In this document: positions 11,252 through 24,393 of the stretch, one piece after another | Layout of the letters: every line of letters starts with the position of its first letter | Numbering within the stretch: position 1 is the stretch's first letter | Assembly (NCBI GenBank): GCA_963981015.1 | Contig: CAXCCG010000002.1 | Location: 8,291-72,290, forward strand | Direction of reading: 5' to 3' | Source of the DNA: an uncultured Gammaproteobacteria bacterium | Lineage (GTDB): Bacteria > Pseudomonadota > Gammaproteobacteria > GCF-002020875 | DNA length: 64,000 bases | The notes under the pieces: generated by a model | What the model was told of the DNA's origin: nothing | Databases searched by the model: none | Seen by the model: the letters and a program-made list of their open reading frames with translations, nothing else | Position numbers and translations under genes: made by a program

Positions 11252-14200
11252 TCAAGGGTATTCTGGCTCAAATACAGGGGCACTCACTTTTCTAATCTCT
11301 TCGAGTTGTGGATCGTCCCACTGGCCTGTCAGAGTATATCGTGTCAAGGCAATCTCATCCTCACTAAACAGTTTCTGGTAGAGCAACACCACCGATCCCA
11401 CTACAGCACCTGCCGGCCCTGCCAACAGCGCCCCTGTTGCAGGTAGCGTTTCAGAGATTTTCGGGCTCACCGCAACAATCTGATCATAATCCTGTGCAAC
11501 AATCCCGGTTCGACCCTCCACTTTAATCTTGGCTGCCGGACCGTCCAGTACAAGATTACGTGTATGAGCGTTTCCATCCAACAGGCTAAAGGTGCCGTAA
11601 ATGGTATCAAACGGAAACCCCTGATCGGTCAGGTCTGAAAAATCGAGCGTTAGGCGGCGCACCAACGTATGGATTCCCAACAAGCCGAAAACTCTACCAA
11701 TCCCCTGATCAACATCCTTCAACTGCCCTTTCTCGACAGAGAGCTCCAGCTCCCCCTCCATTGTGCTCAAGGAGAACTCGGTCGGACGGTCAGGCCACTC
11801 TGCCTTCACATGTATCGAGCTCTTGCCCCGATCAATATCTCCCCCATAACCGAACAGTGAGAGGATTGACCCCAACTGATCCCCGTACAGGTTGATATTG
11901 AATTTGGAGATCGGTTTTCCCTCTCTCTGTAACCAACTCCCCTGTGCAGAGACATTCATCACATCCGACTTGAGCACCACATCATCAAAAAACAGGCCAC
12001 TCTTCGTAGAGTGTGCCTGCAGTGCCAGGGTACCAAAATCGATACCATTAATGACCGTTTTCTGACTCGACAGATCCATTGCAGGCATTTTTGACGGATC
12101 AAACTCAACACGCTGACTCTGCACCACTACAGCACTATCTTCCTCCATTCCGGAAACCTCTTCCCCCAGCTGCAGGTGACTCAGGTCAACCACCCACTTC
12201 TCTGCCGAATCATGCGGCACCAAGATACTTCCTTCAATCTGTTCACTACTGAGTTCCACATGGATCGATTGCTGCTCTCTACGCTCCACCTTCAACACAA
12301 GCTGATCCAGTTTTTGCCCAAACAGGCTCGCTCTATCTGCTGTCAATAATAGATGCCCGAAGCGAACACTATTCAACCCATGATTGACCGCCCCCTCCTG
12401 CCGCATCAATACCGACAGATCATACCAGGCCCCCAAATCAATCTCCTCCAGCGCCCCAATCAATTCCAGGCCATCACGCAGCTCACCCGCCGGCAAGGTC
12501 TGCTCTCGATCTCCGAAAAAAAGACGCCCTTTCCACGGTGCTGCTGCCTTGCCTTTGTAGAGGGTGGCATGTAGATGTTCCGGCATCGAGACCTGCATAC
12601 TTTCAACCTCTCCGGAACGTACTTTCATCGACAGCGTCGCAGGCCATCGAGCCTCAGCACTTTTATTAAAGGGTTCTGGTGTATTTAATTGAACGCCCTG
12701 CAACTCAGAATAGAGATGAATATCGATATCTTCCCTCTGAATTTTGAGGCGCCCACTCCACTCTGTTTTACTTTCTGATTGAAACAGCGGGGCCTTCATC
12801 TCTGCCAGACCGAACCAATGCTCTAAAGCAGCCCCCTGAAGCGCCCCCTCCAAACCAATCACCACCTCCGGTTGCTGTTCAGTTTCTGAGGTAAATGCGG
12901 TAATCAGGACAGGCCCACCCAACATGACCCCTTGAACACCCTCTATCATCACTCCATCATGGTTAAACTCAACATTCCCTTTCAGCTGATCAATCTGAAG
13001 ATCCAGTGCAGCAACATTCAGTTGATTATCATGCAACTCAACTCGTCCATCGACCTGCAGCGGACTCTCATCAACAGGGATCACAACATCCAACTCCAGC
13101 AGAGCATAGCCGGACATGGTCACCACAGAGTTCAGCTGTCTTGCCTGGGCGCTTAGGGGGGTATTTTCGAGTGTGCGAAGCAGTTTGGGACTCTCACTGA
13201 CCAACTGTCCATGCACCTCAAACGGCCCATCTACAATCTTGTCACTATGGATAGAGATATTGTGGATCGGATGGCCATCCAGCTTTCCCTCCTTCAATTT
13301 TGCGCGCATCGCTCCATTGTTAAAGTGAATTTCTGCCTGACTATGGGTCACCGTTGGCCACTCATCGGCATACTTCAGATAGAGATCCTGTACTTGTAAA
13401 TCTGCCTGAAACAGCCCTTCACCCTGCTCAAACGGGAACTGATTCAGCGCTCCTTTGAGCTTAATTTTTCCATCAATCAATTTACCGGAGAGTAGTGATT
13501 CATTTAGCCAGCCAACTAATTCCGGCCTCAACTGGCGTTCAGGTAATTGCTGAATGAGATCGGCAATACGCTGTACCTGAATATGGGCATTAACATCCAG
13601 AAAGGGGGACTGCCCCCCCCCTGGTAGCAGCAACTGCCCTCCTCCCTGCAAGCGCAGCGCACCAATCTCACCTTCAATACCACGAAAGGAGAGCAACAGT
13701 GCTCTTGAGCGTCTTCTCCAACTGACCAACCCTTGCTCTAGCGTCAACTGTTGAGGATCTGGATAATAGTGCTGAAGCGAGGCAAATATGGGCTGATTAG
13801 CCGGCATAAAGAACCCCTCCTGTTCATTGAGATGGAGTTTTCCATTGACCCCCGCCACACCCAGCCCCGCCGCCTGCTTCACCCCTTGCACAGAGATATT
13901 ACTCAACACCATTTTGGATTCAATCTGATTAAAGAGACTCTCTTTATTCGGGTAGGAGCGAAACTTCACATCATGCAAATCACCGGAAACCAGCGCCCCA
14001 CTCTCGCCGTGCATGACCGTAGCATAGAGTCCTGAGAGCGCGGGGGAAGGGACCAGACGGATACGGTCAACTGCCCCCAATATCAGCTCCTGACCCGTTT
14101 TGTCCTGCAGATATTTGACCAATGCCGAGGTTGGATGGCTCTGCTTATCCGACTCTCCACCCCATGCCAGTTTCTCCATTTGCAAGCGCCACGCAACCTC

Positions 14201-15127
14201 TCCCTCTCTCTTCCAGTGGAACTCCCCTACTTTCAAACCCGGTTCATCCTTGAACGCCTCGTCCCGCCGCAGAGAAGCCCGTCCCTTTTCCAACTTCCCG
14301 GAGAGCCACTCCCCCCAAAATTCAATATGGCCCGTCCCCTGGGCCAGACCTTTCATCTGGTTGGCTTCGCCACCAATCAGGGTAACCAAATGGGTCGAAG
14401 GGGCTTCAAGATACATCAGCCCATCCCAACCATTTTCACTCAGCAGATCACCAAACCACTCCAGCTTGAGTGTAACGGGTGAAGGGTTCTCTCCATCCAG
14501 CACCAAGGTTCCCGTTGCCTGATGGCGATAACCTGAGTTGATCCAATCGAAATGAATATCTGCTAATTTCCACTGTAATCCGCTTTCACTTCCCTCTCTC
14601 TGTTCTTGTAACAACTGCAGTGTTGCATTCTCAACAACCACACTTGGTTGCCTCAATAACCAGGAGAGGAGAACAGGCATATTACCCTCCTCTGCTGTAT
14701 TGATTTGTGCCATCGCAAGAATGGATTGAAATTGATGCTCGAATGCTATCGAAGGGTTACGCAGCAGAATGCCGGTAGATATCAGCTCTCCTGCACTGAG
14801 TGAGTGCAGCAGGTCAATCTTCAAGCTTCCACCAGCCAGCGTAACCTGAGCACTACCTCCCCCCTCTTTCTGCAGGCTGACACCAACCACTTCAATCTGT
14901 AAAAACCGACCATCCAGCTGTGCAGTGACCCCCTCAAACTCAATCGGCACACCCGTTTCTGCCTGCAGCCAATCTCTGATCTCTTGCTTATAAAAAGGCA
15001 GTGCCGGAAGAGAGAGGCGTAGCAGTATCACCAACACAGCCACAACCACTAACCCTGTTGAACACAGTATCCAGAACGTACCCCAAAGTGAACGTAAAAA
15101 TTGCTGGCTAGACGGGTACAACATCAA
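11252..15127 (-). CDS. yhdP: YhdP-family (AsmA-like) inner-membrane envelope protein
   Basis: 1291 aa with an N-terminal TM anchor. It sits between rng and tldD exactly as in E. coli (rng-yhdP-tldD). Confidence 0.8.
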   Translation of the reverse strand: MMLYPSSQQFLRSLWGTFWILCSTGLVVVAVLVILLRLSLPALPFYKQEIRDWLQAETGVPIEFEGVTAQLDGRFLQIEVVGVSLQKEGGGSAQVTLAGGSLKIDLLHSLSAGELISTGILLRNPSIAFEHQFQSILAMAQINTAEEGNMPVLLSWLLRQPSVVVENATLQLLQEQREGSESGLQWKLADIHFDWINSGYRHQATGTLVLDGENPSPVTLKLEWFGDLLSENGWDGLMYLEAPSTHLVTLIGGEANQMKGLAQGTGHIEFWGEWLSGKLEKGRASLRRDEAFKDEPGLKVGEFHWKREGEVAWRLQMEKLAWGGESDKQSHPTSALVKYLQDKTGQELILGAVDRIRLVPSPALSGLYATVMHGESGALVSGDLHDVKFRSYPNKESLFNQIESKMVLSNISVQGVKQAAGLGVAGVNGKLHLNEQEGFFMPANQPIFASLQHYYPDPQQLTLEQGLVSWRRRSRALLLSFRGIEGEIGALRLQGGGQLLLPGGGQSPFLDVNAHIQVQRIADLIQQLPERQLRPELVGWLNESLLSGKLIDGKIKLKGALNQFPFEQGEGLFQADLQVQDLYLKYADEWPTVTHSQAEIHFNNGAMRAKLKEGKLDGHPIHNISIHSDKIVDGPFEVHGQLVSESPKLLRTLENTPLSAQARQLNSVVTMSGYALLELDVVIPVDESPLQVDGRVELHDNQLNVAALDLQIDQLKGNVEFNHDGVMIEGVQGVMLGGPVLITAFTSETEQQPEVVIGLEGALQGAALEHWFGLAEMKAPLFQSESKTEWSGRLKIQREDIDIHLYSELQGVQLNTPEPFNKSAEARWPATLSMKVRSGEVESMQVSMPEHLHATLYKGKAAAPWKGRLFFGDREQTLPAGELRDGLELIGALEEIDLGAWYDLSVLMRQEGAVNHGLNSVRFGHLLLTADRASLFGQKLDQLVLKVERREQQSIHVELSSEQIEGSILVPHDSAEKWVVDLSHLQLGEEVSGMEEDSAVVVQSQRVEFDPSKMPAMDLSSQKTVINGIDFGTLALQAHSTKSGLFFDDVVLKSDVMNVSAQGSWLQREGKPISKFNINLYGDQLGSILSLFGYGGDIDRGKSSIHVKAEWPDRPTEFSLSTMEGELELSVEKGQLKDVDQGIGRVFGLLGIHTLVRRLTLDFSDLTDQGFPFDTIYGTFSLLDGNAHTRNLVLDGPAAKIKVEGRTGIVAQDYDQIVAVSPKISETLPATGALLAGPAGAVVGSVVLLYQKLFSEDEIALTRYTLTGQWDDPQLEEIRKVSAPVFEPEYP

Positions 15128-16580
15128 ATTGTTCTGTCGTGTAGAAGGTCTCTACCTGCAGCCGGACTGGTTTACCGATGAACTCTTCCAGCTCAGCAAG
15201 ACTGCTCGACTCCTCATCCAGTAATAGATCAGTAATCTCCTGCGCTGCCAGAACCAGAATTTCTCTGGCATCTTCAAACTGTCGAGATTCGCGAATAATT
15301 TCACGGAAGACCTCATAACAGACAGTCTCCGGGGTTTTCAGGTAACCACGCCCTTCACAGGTTGGACAGGTCTGACACAGTACATGCTCCAGGCTTTCAC
15401 GGGTTCTTTTACGGGTCATTTCCACCAACCCCAGCGAAGAGACTACGCTGATATGGGTCCGCGCATGATCTTGATCCAGACACTTCTGTAGCAAACGCAT
15501 TACCTGCTGACGGTGCTGCTCATCTTCCATATCAATCAAGTCAAGAATAATGATCCCGCCCAGGTTTCGCAGCCGTAACTGACGTGCAATCGCCTGCGTT
15601 GCCTCCAAATTGGTCTTGAAGATGGTCTCTTCCAGGTTATGGTGCCCCACAAAAGAGCCGGTATTGACATCAATGGTGGTCATCGCCTCGGTCTGGTCGA
15701 TAATCAGATAGCCCCCTGATTTCAGCGGCACCTTTCGCTGCAGTGCTTTCTGTATCTCATCCTCCACAGAATAGAGGTCAAAGATCGGGCACTCTCCCGG
15801 ATAATACTCCACCCGAGAGGCTAGCTCCGGATTGAAACGGGCGGCAAAATCACGACACTTCTCCCAGCTACGTTTCGAGTCAATTCTAAGCCGCTCCACA
15901 CTATCCTTGAGCTGATCTCGAATGATGCGCAGCTCCAGCGGTAGGTCACTGTGGACCAGTGAACGTGATTTAAGCTGTTTACCACTCTCCTGAATCGATG
16001 CCCAGATCTTATAGAGCAATTTTGCTTCATGCAGCAGATCCTCTTGCGGAATTCCCTCCCCGGCCGTGCGCACAATAAAACCACCATACCCCCCACCGGC
16101 AACTGCAGTCTGGATCATTGTCCTCAAACGTTCACGTTCCTCCTCCTCTTCAATACGCTGCGATACCCCCATACATTGCACCATCGGCATAAACACCAGA
16201 TAGCGCGAGGGGATTGAGACCTGCATAGTCAACCTCGCTCCTTTGGTTCCCAATGGATCTTTCACCACCTGTACCAACAGCTCTTGCCCATCAGAGACCA
16301 GGTCGGTGATCTGCAGAGTCTCCTGTTCACACTCAATCTCCTCTTTCACATGCTGCGGGATAATATCCGAAACATGGAGAAAAGCAGCCCGCTCTAGACC
16401 GATATCGACGAACGCAGCCTGCATTCCAGGTAACACACGACTCACCTTTCCGTTATAGATATTGCCCACAATACCAAGGTGATTATTTCGCTCGATATAG
16501 ATCTCCTGCAACACCCCATTCTCCACCAATGCAGAACGGGTCTCTCGCGGAGTCACGTTAATCAGAATCTCTGTACTCAA
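15108..16580 (-). CDS. rng: Ribonuclease G
   Basis: 490 aa. S1 domain N-terminus (NIYNGKVSRVLPGMQAAFVDIG), RNase E/G catalytic core. Synteny maf-rng-yhdP. Confidence 0.88.
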   Translation of the reverse strand: MSTEILINVTPRETRSALVENGVLQEIYIERNNHLGIVGNIYNGKVSRVLPGMQAAFVDIGLERAAFLHVSDIIPQHVKEEIECEQETLQITDLVSDGQELLVQVVKDPLGTKGARLTMQVSIPSRYLVFMPMVQCMGVSQRIEEEEERERLRTMIQTAVAGGGYGGFIVRTAGEGIPQEDLLHEAKLLYKIWASIQESGKQLKSRSLVHSDLPLELRIIRDQLKDSVERLRIDSKRSWEKCRDFAARFNPELASRVEYYPGECPIFDLYSVEDEIQKALQRKVPLKSGGYLIIDQTEAMTTIDVNTGSFVGHHNLEETIFKTNLEATQAIARQLRLRNLGGIIILDLIDMEDEQHRQQVMRLLQKCLDQDHARTHISVVSSLGLVEMTRKRTRESLEHVLCQTCPTCEGRGYLKTPETVCYEVFREIIRESRQFEDAREILVLAAQEITDLLLDEESSSLAELEEFIGKPVRLQVETFYTTEQFDVVPV

Positions 16581-17161
16581 AGTAGCTGCACTCCCGCATG
16601 CTGTAGTAGCTGTGACGTTTCATAGAGCGGCAACCCCATTACCCCAGAGTAACTGCCTTGAAGCTGCTGGACAAAGATAGCACCCTGTCCCTGAATTGCA
16701 TATCCACCCGCCTTGTCCTGTGGCTCCCCACTCGCCCAGTATGCACGCTGTTCTGACGTGGTAATTTCACGAAAGGTGACCTGACTGACACTTAATGCGG
16801 TCTGTAGCCCTGTATCAGAGATCAGCGCAATCGCACTCATCACCTCATGCATACCACCACTCAGCAACTCCAGCATTGCCATCCCCTCTGTCTCTGAAGC
16901 GGGCTTTTGTAATATATTCTGTTGATGGACCACAATGGTATCTGCCCCCAATACAGGATAACGGTTGAGCTGTTCCTGCTCTTTCCAAATAGTACTTGCC
17001 TTCTCTTCAGCCAGCCGTAATACAGCCTGTTGTGGCGACTCATCCGCAATTGTTTCATCAATATCAGCCACCGCTATGCGGTAGCGAACACCAATCTGAG
17101 TCAATAGCTCTGAACGCCTTGGAGAGGCTGAGGCGAGAATAATGTGTGGCTGCAAATCCAT
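16577..17161 (-). CDS. maf: Maf-like nucleoside triphosphate pyrophosphatase
   Basis: 194 aa, N-terminus ILASASPRRSELL. Confidence 0.85.
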   Translation of the reverse strand: MDLQPHIILASASPRRSELLTQIGVRYRIAVADIDETIADESPQQAVLRLAEEKASTIWKEQEQLNRYPVLGADTIVVHQQNILQKPASETEGMAMLELLSGGMHEVMSAIALISDTGLQTALSVSQVTFREITTSEQRAYWASGEPQDKAGGYAIQGQGAIFVQQLQGSYSGVMGLPLYETSQLLQHAGVQLL

Positions 17162-17209
17162 CGGCTGATTTTACCTCAATACCGCCTCCTGCTCGGATAC
17201 AATCTGGGG

Positions 17210-17683
17210 TTAATCGCTACGGTGGTAGGGGTGATGATTAACCACACTCCAAGCACGGTAAAGCTGCTCTGAGAGCACCACCCGAACCAGCGGATGGGGA
17301 AATGTGAGCGCCGATAGAGACCAGCGCTGGTCTGCCCGCTGCAGACACTTCGCTGAAAGCCCATCAGCCCCACCCACCAAGAGCGAGACACCACCACCGG
17401 TATGCATCCACCTCTCCAGTTGAGTCGCCAGTTTTTCTGTTGTCCAGGTTGCACCTTGTACATCCAGTGCAACCACTTGATCACCTTTGGGGATTGCCGC
17501 CAACATCCGTTTTCCCTCTTGTTCGACCCAGCGCTGTGGAGAGCCGCTACGCCCCCGTTTCTCAGCCTCAATCTCAACCAACGCCAAAGAACACTCGCGG
17601 GGCATTCTACGGGCATACTCGGCATACCCTTGCTCAACCCAAGCGGGCATCTTGCGTCCTACGGCAATTAAGGTGATTTTCAT
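17210..17683 (-). CDS. rlmH: 23S rRNA (pseudouridine1915-N3)-methyltransferase RlmH
   Basis: 157 aa, near-collinear with E. coli RlmH (SLSALTFPHPLVRVVL.EQLYRAWS...HPYHR). Confidence 0.92.
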   Translation of the reverse strand: MKITLIAVGRKMPAWVEQGYAEYARRMPRECSLALVEIEAEKRGRSGSPQRWVEQEGKRMLAAIPKGDQVVALDVQGATWTTEKLATQLERWMHTGGGVSLLVGGADGLSAKCLQRADQRWSLSALTFPHPLVRVVLSEQLYRAWSVVNHHPYHRSD

Positions 17684-17727
17684 TCAGGAGTTGCTGAAAA
17701 GTGCGCGAAAATTTGTGTAGCGGTACG

Positions 17728-18066
17728 CTACTCTTCGCGCTTGAAGTCCGTCCAGAATTTTTCCAGATTGTAGTAGTCACGGGTCTCCGGCAACATCACA
17801 TGAACCACCACCTCTCCCAGATCAACCAATACCCACTCTCCAGAATCTTCACCTTCTCGCCCCAAAGGCTGGTAATCCGCTCTCTTCGCCTCCATCGCAA
17901 CATTCTCGGCTAAAGATCGTACATGACGATTGGAGGTTCCACTGGCAATCACCAGTTTGCTGGTAACATCCGTCATCTCGGATACATCAACCACAGTAAT
18001 CTCATTTCCCTTCAACGCCTCGAGGGCATCGACCGCCAACTGTTCCAACTGATCTACACTTAACAT
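17728..18066 (-). CDS. rsfS: Ribosomal silencing factor RsfS
   Basis: 112 aa, DUF143/RsfS motifs. Synteny nadD-rsfS-rlmH. Confidence 0.9.
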   Translation of the reverse strand: MLSVDQLEQLAVDALEALKGNEITVVDVSEMTDVTSKLVIASGTSNRHVRSLAENVAMEAKRADYQPLGREGEDSGEWVLVDLGEVVVHVMLPETRDYYNLEKFWTDFKREE

Positions 18067-18075
18067 GTGTTTACT

Positions 18076-18726
18076 CTACTCTTCTAATGGGTATTGATTA
18101 ATAACAGATGCGCGAATTGTATCAGGCAATAGAAAGCGTGGGTCCTCACCTTGTGCAACCATTTCCCGAATCACCGTTGCAGAGATCTCCAACTGCGTCA
18201 CCGGCAGTAGCAAAATTCTCCCCCCTTGCTGCTGCGGTAGCTGGTAGAGATCCGTTACCTGATTACTTTCTCGTGCAGCCAACAACTCTGCAACACGCCC
18301 CTGTTGCGGCCTCTCAAAACCGGGACGGTGAGTGACTACAATATGGGCAAGACTCAGCAGTTCATCCCAGCGGTGCCAACTCTCAACCTGCAGAAAGGCA
18401 TCCATCCCCAAAATCAGACAGAGTGGGCGCTGTGAAAATGATGTAACCAGTGACTCTAGTGTCACCACCATCCAGGAGGGAGTGTCACGCTCCACCTCGC
18501 GCAGATCAACCACAAACTGCGGCACCTCTGCAGCCACCTGCTGCAGCCACTCTACACGCTGCTCCAAAGAGGCCAACGGTTGTGATCGATGTACTGGAAT
18601 CTTACTGGGGATCAGCCGCACATGATCCATCCCCAACTGTTCACACACCTCCAGTGCAGGACGCAGATGTCCGAAGTGGACCGGATCAAAGGTGCCGCCC
18701 AGAATTCCAATGGGTCGCATCGCCAC
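18076..18726 (-). CDS. nadD: Nicotinate-nucleotide adenylyltransferase
   Basis: 216 aa with the GGTFDPVHFGH motif. Confidence 0.9.
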   Translation of the reverse strand: MAMRPIGILGGTFDPVHFGHLRPALEVCEQLGMDHVRLIPSKIPVHRSQPLASLEQRVEWLQQVAAEVPQFVVDLREVERDTPSWMVVTLESLVTSFSQRPLCLILGMDAFLQVESWHRWDELLSLAHIVVTHRPGFERPQQGRVAELLAARESNQVTDLYQLPQQQGGRILLLPVTQLEISATVIREMVAQGEDPRFLLPDTIRASVINQYPLEE

Positions 18727-18743
18727 TCAGCACCCTATGGCAT

Positions 18744-18828
18744 GAGAATAGACGAAATAACCATTCGACAAAATTTGTCTCAAATCAGCTTTCCCTCGCT
18801 ACGACTTCTATTCCCGGACAAGCTCCTA
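18744..18828. repeat. Partial/degenerate copy of the palindromic repeat element (right-arm type). It supplies or abuts the proA TAG stop.
   Basis: tgtctcaaatcagctttccctcgctacgacttctattcccggacaagctcCTA is about 92% identical to the right arm of the copy at 245-292. Confidence 0.55.
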
Positions 18829-20079
18829 ACGGATATGACCATCTCCCAGTACGATGAATTTCTGCGAGGTGAGTCCCTCCAGCCCTACAGGACCACGTAC
18901 ATGAATCTTGTCGGTACTGATACCTATCTCCGCGCCCAGCCCATACTCAAAACCATCGGCAAAGCGGGTGGAGGCATTGACCATTACAGAGCTGGAGTCT
19001 ACTTCCGCCATAAAGCGTCGCGCACGTGCATAACTCTCGGTGACGATTGATTCTGTGTGACCTGAACTGTGCTGGTGGATATGGTCCATCGCAGCGTCGA
19101 TATCTGTCACCACACGAATGGAGAGTACCGGAGCCAGATACTCTTCATCCCAGTCTGCCTCGGTTGCTACAACCACGTCCGCAAGGATCTTTTGTGTCTG
19201 TTCACAGCCACGTAGCTCTACCCCCTCACTTTGGTACTGCGCTGCCAGTGGAGGCAGCACCTCTGCAGCAATACCCTCTGCTACCAACAGTGTCTCCATC
19301 GCATTGCAGACCCCGTAACGGTGGGTTTTTGCATTAAAGGCGATATCAATCGCCTTCTGCTGATTCGCCTGATCATCAATATAGACATGACAGATCCCGT
19401 TCAGGTGTTTAATCACCGGAATACGGGCACTCTCGGAAATACGTTCAATCAACCCCTTACCACCGCGCGGGATAATCACGTCAACATAGCGACTCATGGT
19501 AATCAACTCACCGACGGCTTCACGATCTGCCGTCTCCACCACCTGCACCGCATCAGAGGGAAGCCCCGCCTCTGTCAACCCCTGATGGATCAGTTTGGCA
19601 ATCGCCTGATTGGAGTTGAATGCCTCGGAACCACCACGAAGGATTGCCGCGTTACCCGATTTGAGACAGAGTGCTGCCGCATCTGCAGTCACATTGGGGC
19701 GCGATTCGTAGATGATACCGATGACCCCGAGAGGAACCCGCATTTTACCGACCTGAATACCGGAAGGACGATAGTTGAGACCAGAGATCTCACCCACAGG
19801 GTCCGGCAGCGTCGCAATCTGACGCAACCCTTCAGCCATGCCACTGACCCGCTCCTCATTTAACGCCAGACGATCTAGCAGTGCAGCATCGAGTCCATTT
19901 GCTTTACCGGCATCCAGATCTTTCTGGTTCTCTGCCAACAGCGCACTCATTGACTGCTCCAACAGAGCTGCGGTGATCTCCAGTGCACGATTTTTATCTG
20001 TAGTCTCTGCACGAGCCATTGCACGACTCGCACTGCGGGCCTGCTCACCCACCTGTTGCATATACTGTTTGATGTCCAT
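18826..20079 (-). CDS. proA: Gamma-glutamyl phosphate reductase
   Basis: 417 aa aldehyde dehydrogenase-fold ProA. Position between nadD and holA as in Pseudomonas. Confidence 0.93.
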   Translation of the reverse strand: MDIKQYMQQVGEQARSASRAMARAETTDKNRALEITAALLEQSMSALLAENQKDLDAGKANGLDAALLDRLALNEERVSGMAEGLRQIATLPDPVGEISGLNYRPSGIQVGKMRVPLGVIGIIYESRPNVTADAAALCLKSGNAAILRGGSEAFNSNQAIAKLIHQGLTEAGLPSDAVQVVETADREAVGELITMSRYVDVIIPRGGKGLIERISESARIPVIKHLNGICHVYIDDQANQQKAIDIAFNAKTHRYGVCNAMETLLVAEGIAAEVLPPLAAQYQSEGVELRGCEQTQKILADVVVATEADWDEEYLAPVLSIRVVTDIDAAMDHIHQHSSGHTESIVTESYARARRFMAEVDSSSVMVNASTRFADGFEYGLGAEIGISTDKIHVRGPVGLEGLTSQKFIVLGDGHIR

Positions 20080-20157
20080 CTTCTCTAAACCTACTCAGGG
20101 TAATTGTTCATTTGGCTCTGGTCAAAGCTGCGCCCAGACCCCACTTGTTACGATACT

Positions 20158-21204
20158 CTATAGCTTAGCATGGATAGGGAGTGAGGTTGGATTGGAGAGG
20201 TTAGAGGTCGCCTTCAGAACCAGATCTTCCAAACCACTCCAGGGGTCACCTTCCCCCATCCCTTTACCGGCACGATCTATTTCACCCGCTCGGCGTATCA
20301 ACTGGTAAATCTGTTGCTGTTTAAGTCGATTCAGGCCGGAGGTGAAGAGGGGCAACCTCCGCTTCCAGAGAGGCTGAGGGATATAGTCCAGCGGCTTGTG
20401 TGCTGCCAGACGTTGCAGGTTGCCTATAGCCGCCAGTTCACGCAGGTCTCTGACGATGGCCCAGAGTATAATCTGGATGGCGACGCCTTCCTCCTTCAGA
20501 CCATAAAGAATATGTAGTGCGCGCGCACGCTCACCACCAAGGATGGCATCCGCCAGTTGAAAGGGATCATAACGTGCGCTATCGGCTACAAGGTTCATCA
20601 CCATGGTCTCATCGACCTGATCTCCCTTGTTGGTGAGAAGAGAGAGTTTTTCAATCTCCTGTACCGCTGCCAGTAGATTGCCCTCGATCCGCTCTGCCAC
20701 CAGTGCCGCCGCACCGGGAGTAGCGTTAATACCAGCTACCCGCATCCGTTGCATAATCCAGTTGGGGATTTGACGCAACTCCATAGGCCAGATCTGTACC
20801 GTTACCCCAGCCTTTTCAATCGCTTTGAACCATTTGGCTCGCTGTGAGGCTCCATCCAGTTTTCCGCTACGGATAACCAATATCTTGTCATCCGGTGGAG
20901 AGTGACTCCACTCTGTGAGCATAGCCCCCCCCTCTTTGCCCGGTTTGCCGGTGGGGAGCCTGAGATCGATAATCTTCTTTTCTGCAAACAGAGAGAGTGC
21001 CGCCCCCTCTTGCTGCAGGTCCGACCAGTGGAACCCCGCGCCTACGGAGTAGAGAGCACGCTCTTCAAAGCCGGTCTGTCGTGCGGCCTGCAGTATTTGG
21101 TCGGCAGCCTCTTGCAGCAACAGTGGCTCATCACTACTGATCAGATAAATTGGAGCCAACGCCCGCTTGAGATGGTTCGCCAGTTGATCTGGACGAAGCT
21201 TCAT
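20158..21204 (-). CDS. holA: DNA polymerase III subunit delta
   Basis: 348 aa. Synteny leuS-lptE-holA. Confidence 0.85.
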   Translation of the reverse strand: MKLRPDQLANHLKRALAPIYLISSDEPLLLQEAADQILQAARQTGFEERALYSVGAGFHWSDLQQEGAALSLFAEKKIIDLRLPTGKPGKEGGAMLTEWSHSPPDDKILVIRSGKLDGASQRAKWFKAIEKAGVTVQIWPMELRQIPNWIMQRMRVAGINATPGAAALVAERIEGNLLAAVQEIEKLSLLTNKGDQVDETMVMNLVADSARYDPFQLADAILGGERARALHILYGLKEEGVAIQIILWAIVRDLRELAAIGNLQRLAAHKPLDYIPQPLWKRRLPLFTSGLNRLKQQQIYQLIRRAGEIDRAGKGMGEGDPWSGLEDLVLKATSNLSNPTSLPIHAKL

Positions 21205-21218
21205 GAGTCGAAGGCTCT

Positions 21219-21713
21219 CTATTTCTGACGCAAACTACGCATCAGGTCTCGTGTCACTTCACGCACCATTCGCTGACGCAGGTGCTTCTCTTCCTGACTC
21301 TTGCCCAGCAGTTGGTTGGCGCTATACTGATAATTTTCACGCTGCTTCAAGGTACCTTCACGCAATACGGTACCCTGCTTGTTACTCAGTTCCCAGTCCA
21401 ACTGATAGCTCAACTGATATTCGCTTACTTTTCCATCACTACCGACAGTTGCCACCTGACGAGAAAAGGACTCATTACTGAGCAACAGTATTGCTGAAGC
21501 CTCTTTCTCTGATCGTGCAGTATCTCCATTACTGTTACGAATGGCGTTTCCAACTGAATGGGTCAAGCCACTGGATACCCCCTGCCCCGCAATCCATGTA
21601 GAGGACATCTCATTCAGCAGTGAGACTTCACCACGCAGATGGAAGCCGCACCCTTGCAACAGCGTGAGGGCCAGAAGAAGAGGAGGCAATAAAACTGTTC
21701 TAATTGATTTCAT
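21219..21713 (-). CDS. lptE: LPS-assembly lipoprotein LptE
   Basis: Signal peptide plus lipobox LLQGC. Synteny after leuS. The start was trimmed to MKSIRTVLL. Confidence 0.75.
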   Translation of the reverse strand: MKSIRTVLLPPLLLALTLLQGCGFHLRGEVSLLNEMSSTWIAGQGVSSGLTHSVGNAIRNSNGDTARSEKEASAILLLSNESFSRQVATVGSDGKVSEYQLSYQLDWELSNKQGTVLREGTLKQRENYQYSANQLLGKSQEEKHLRQRMVREVTRDLMRSLRQK

Positions 21714-21788
21714 AAAGGTACCTGTCATGGTTTAGGTGCGCCCATTAAAATGCGCCTCTTTAAATACATTTTGCGTATGTTTTGACAT

Positions 21789-24254
<2,466 letters not shown>

Positions 24255-24393
24255 TTATCGCTCTATGAAATAAGGGGAACTCTGAACAGATGCCCTGACA
24301 AAGTTGTAAAAGGGGAAAGTTTACCGCAAGGCACCTACCGTTTCGAAGAAATAGTGATACGATTAGAATATAGATGATTTTTAGGAGTTCACC

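Noticed and set aside
17176-17637. 153-aa minus-strand ORF overlapping rlmH in another frame
   Set aside because: It overlaps the near-collinear RlmH ortholog in a different frame, and RlmH is the real gene.
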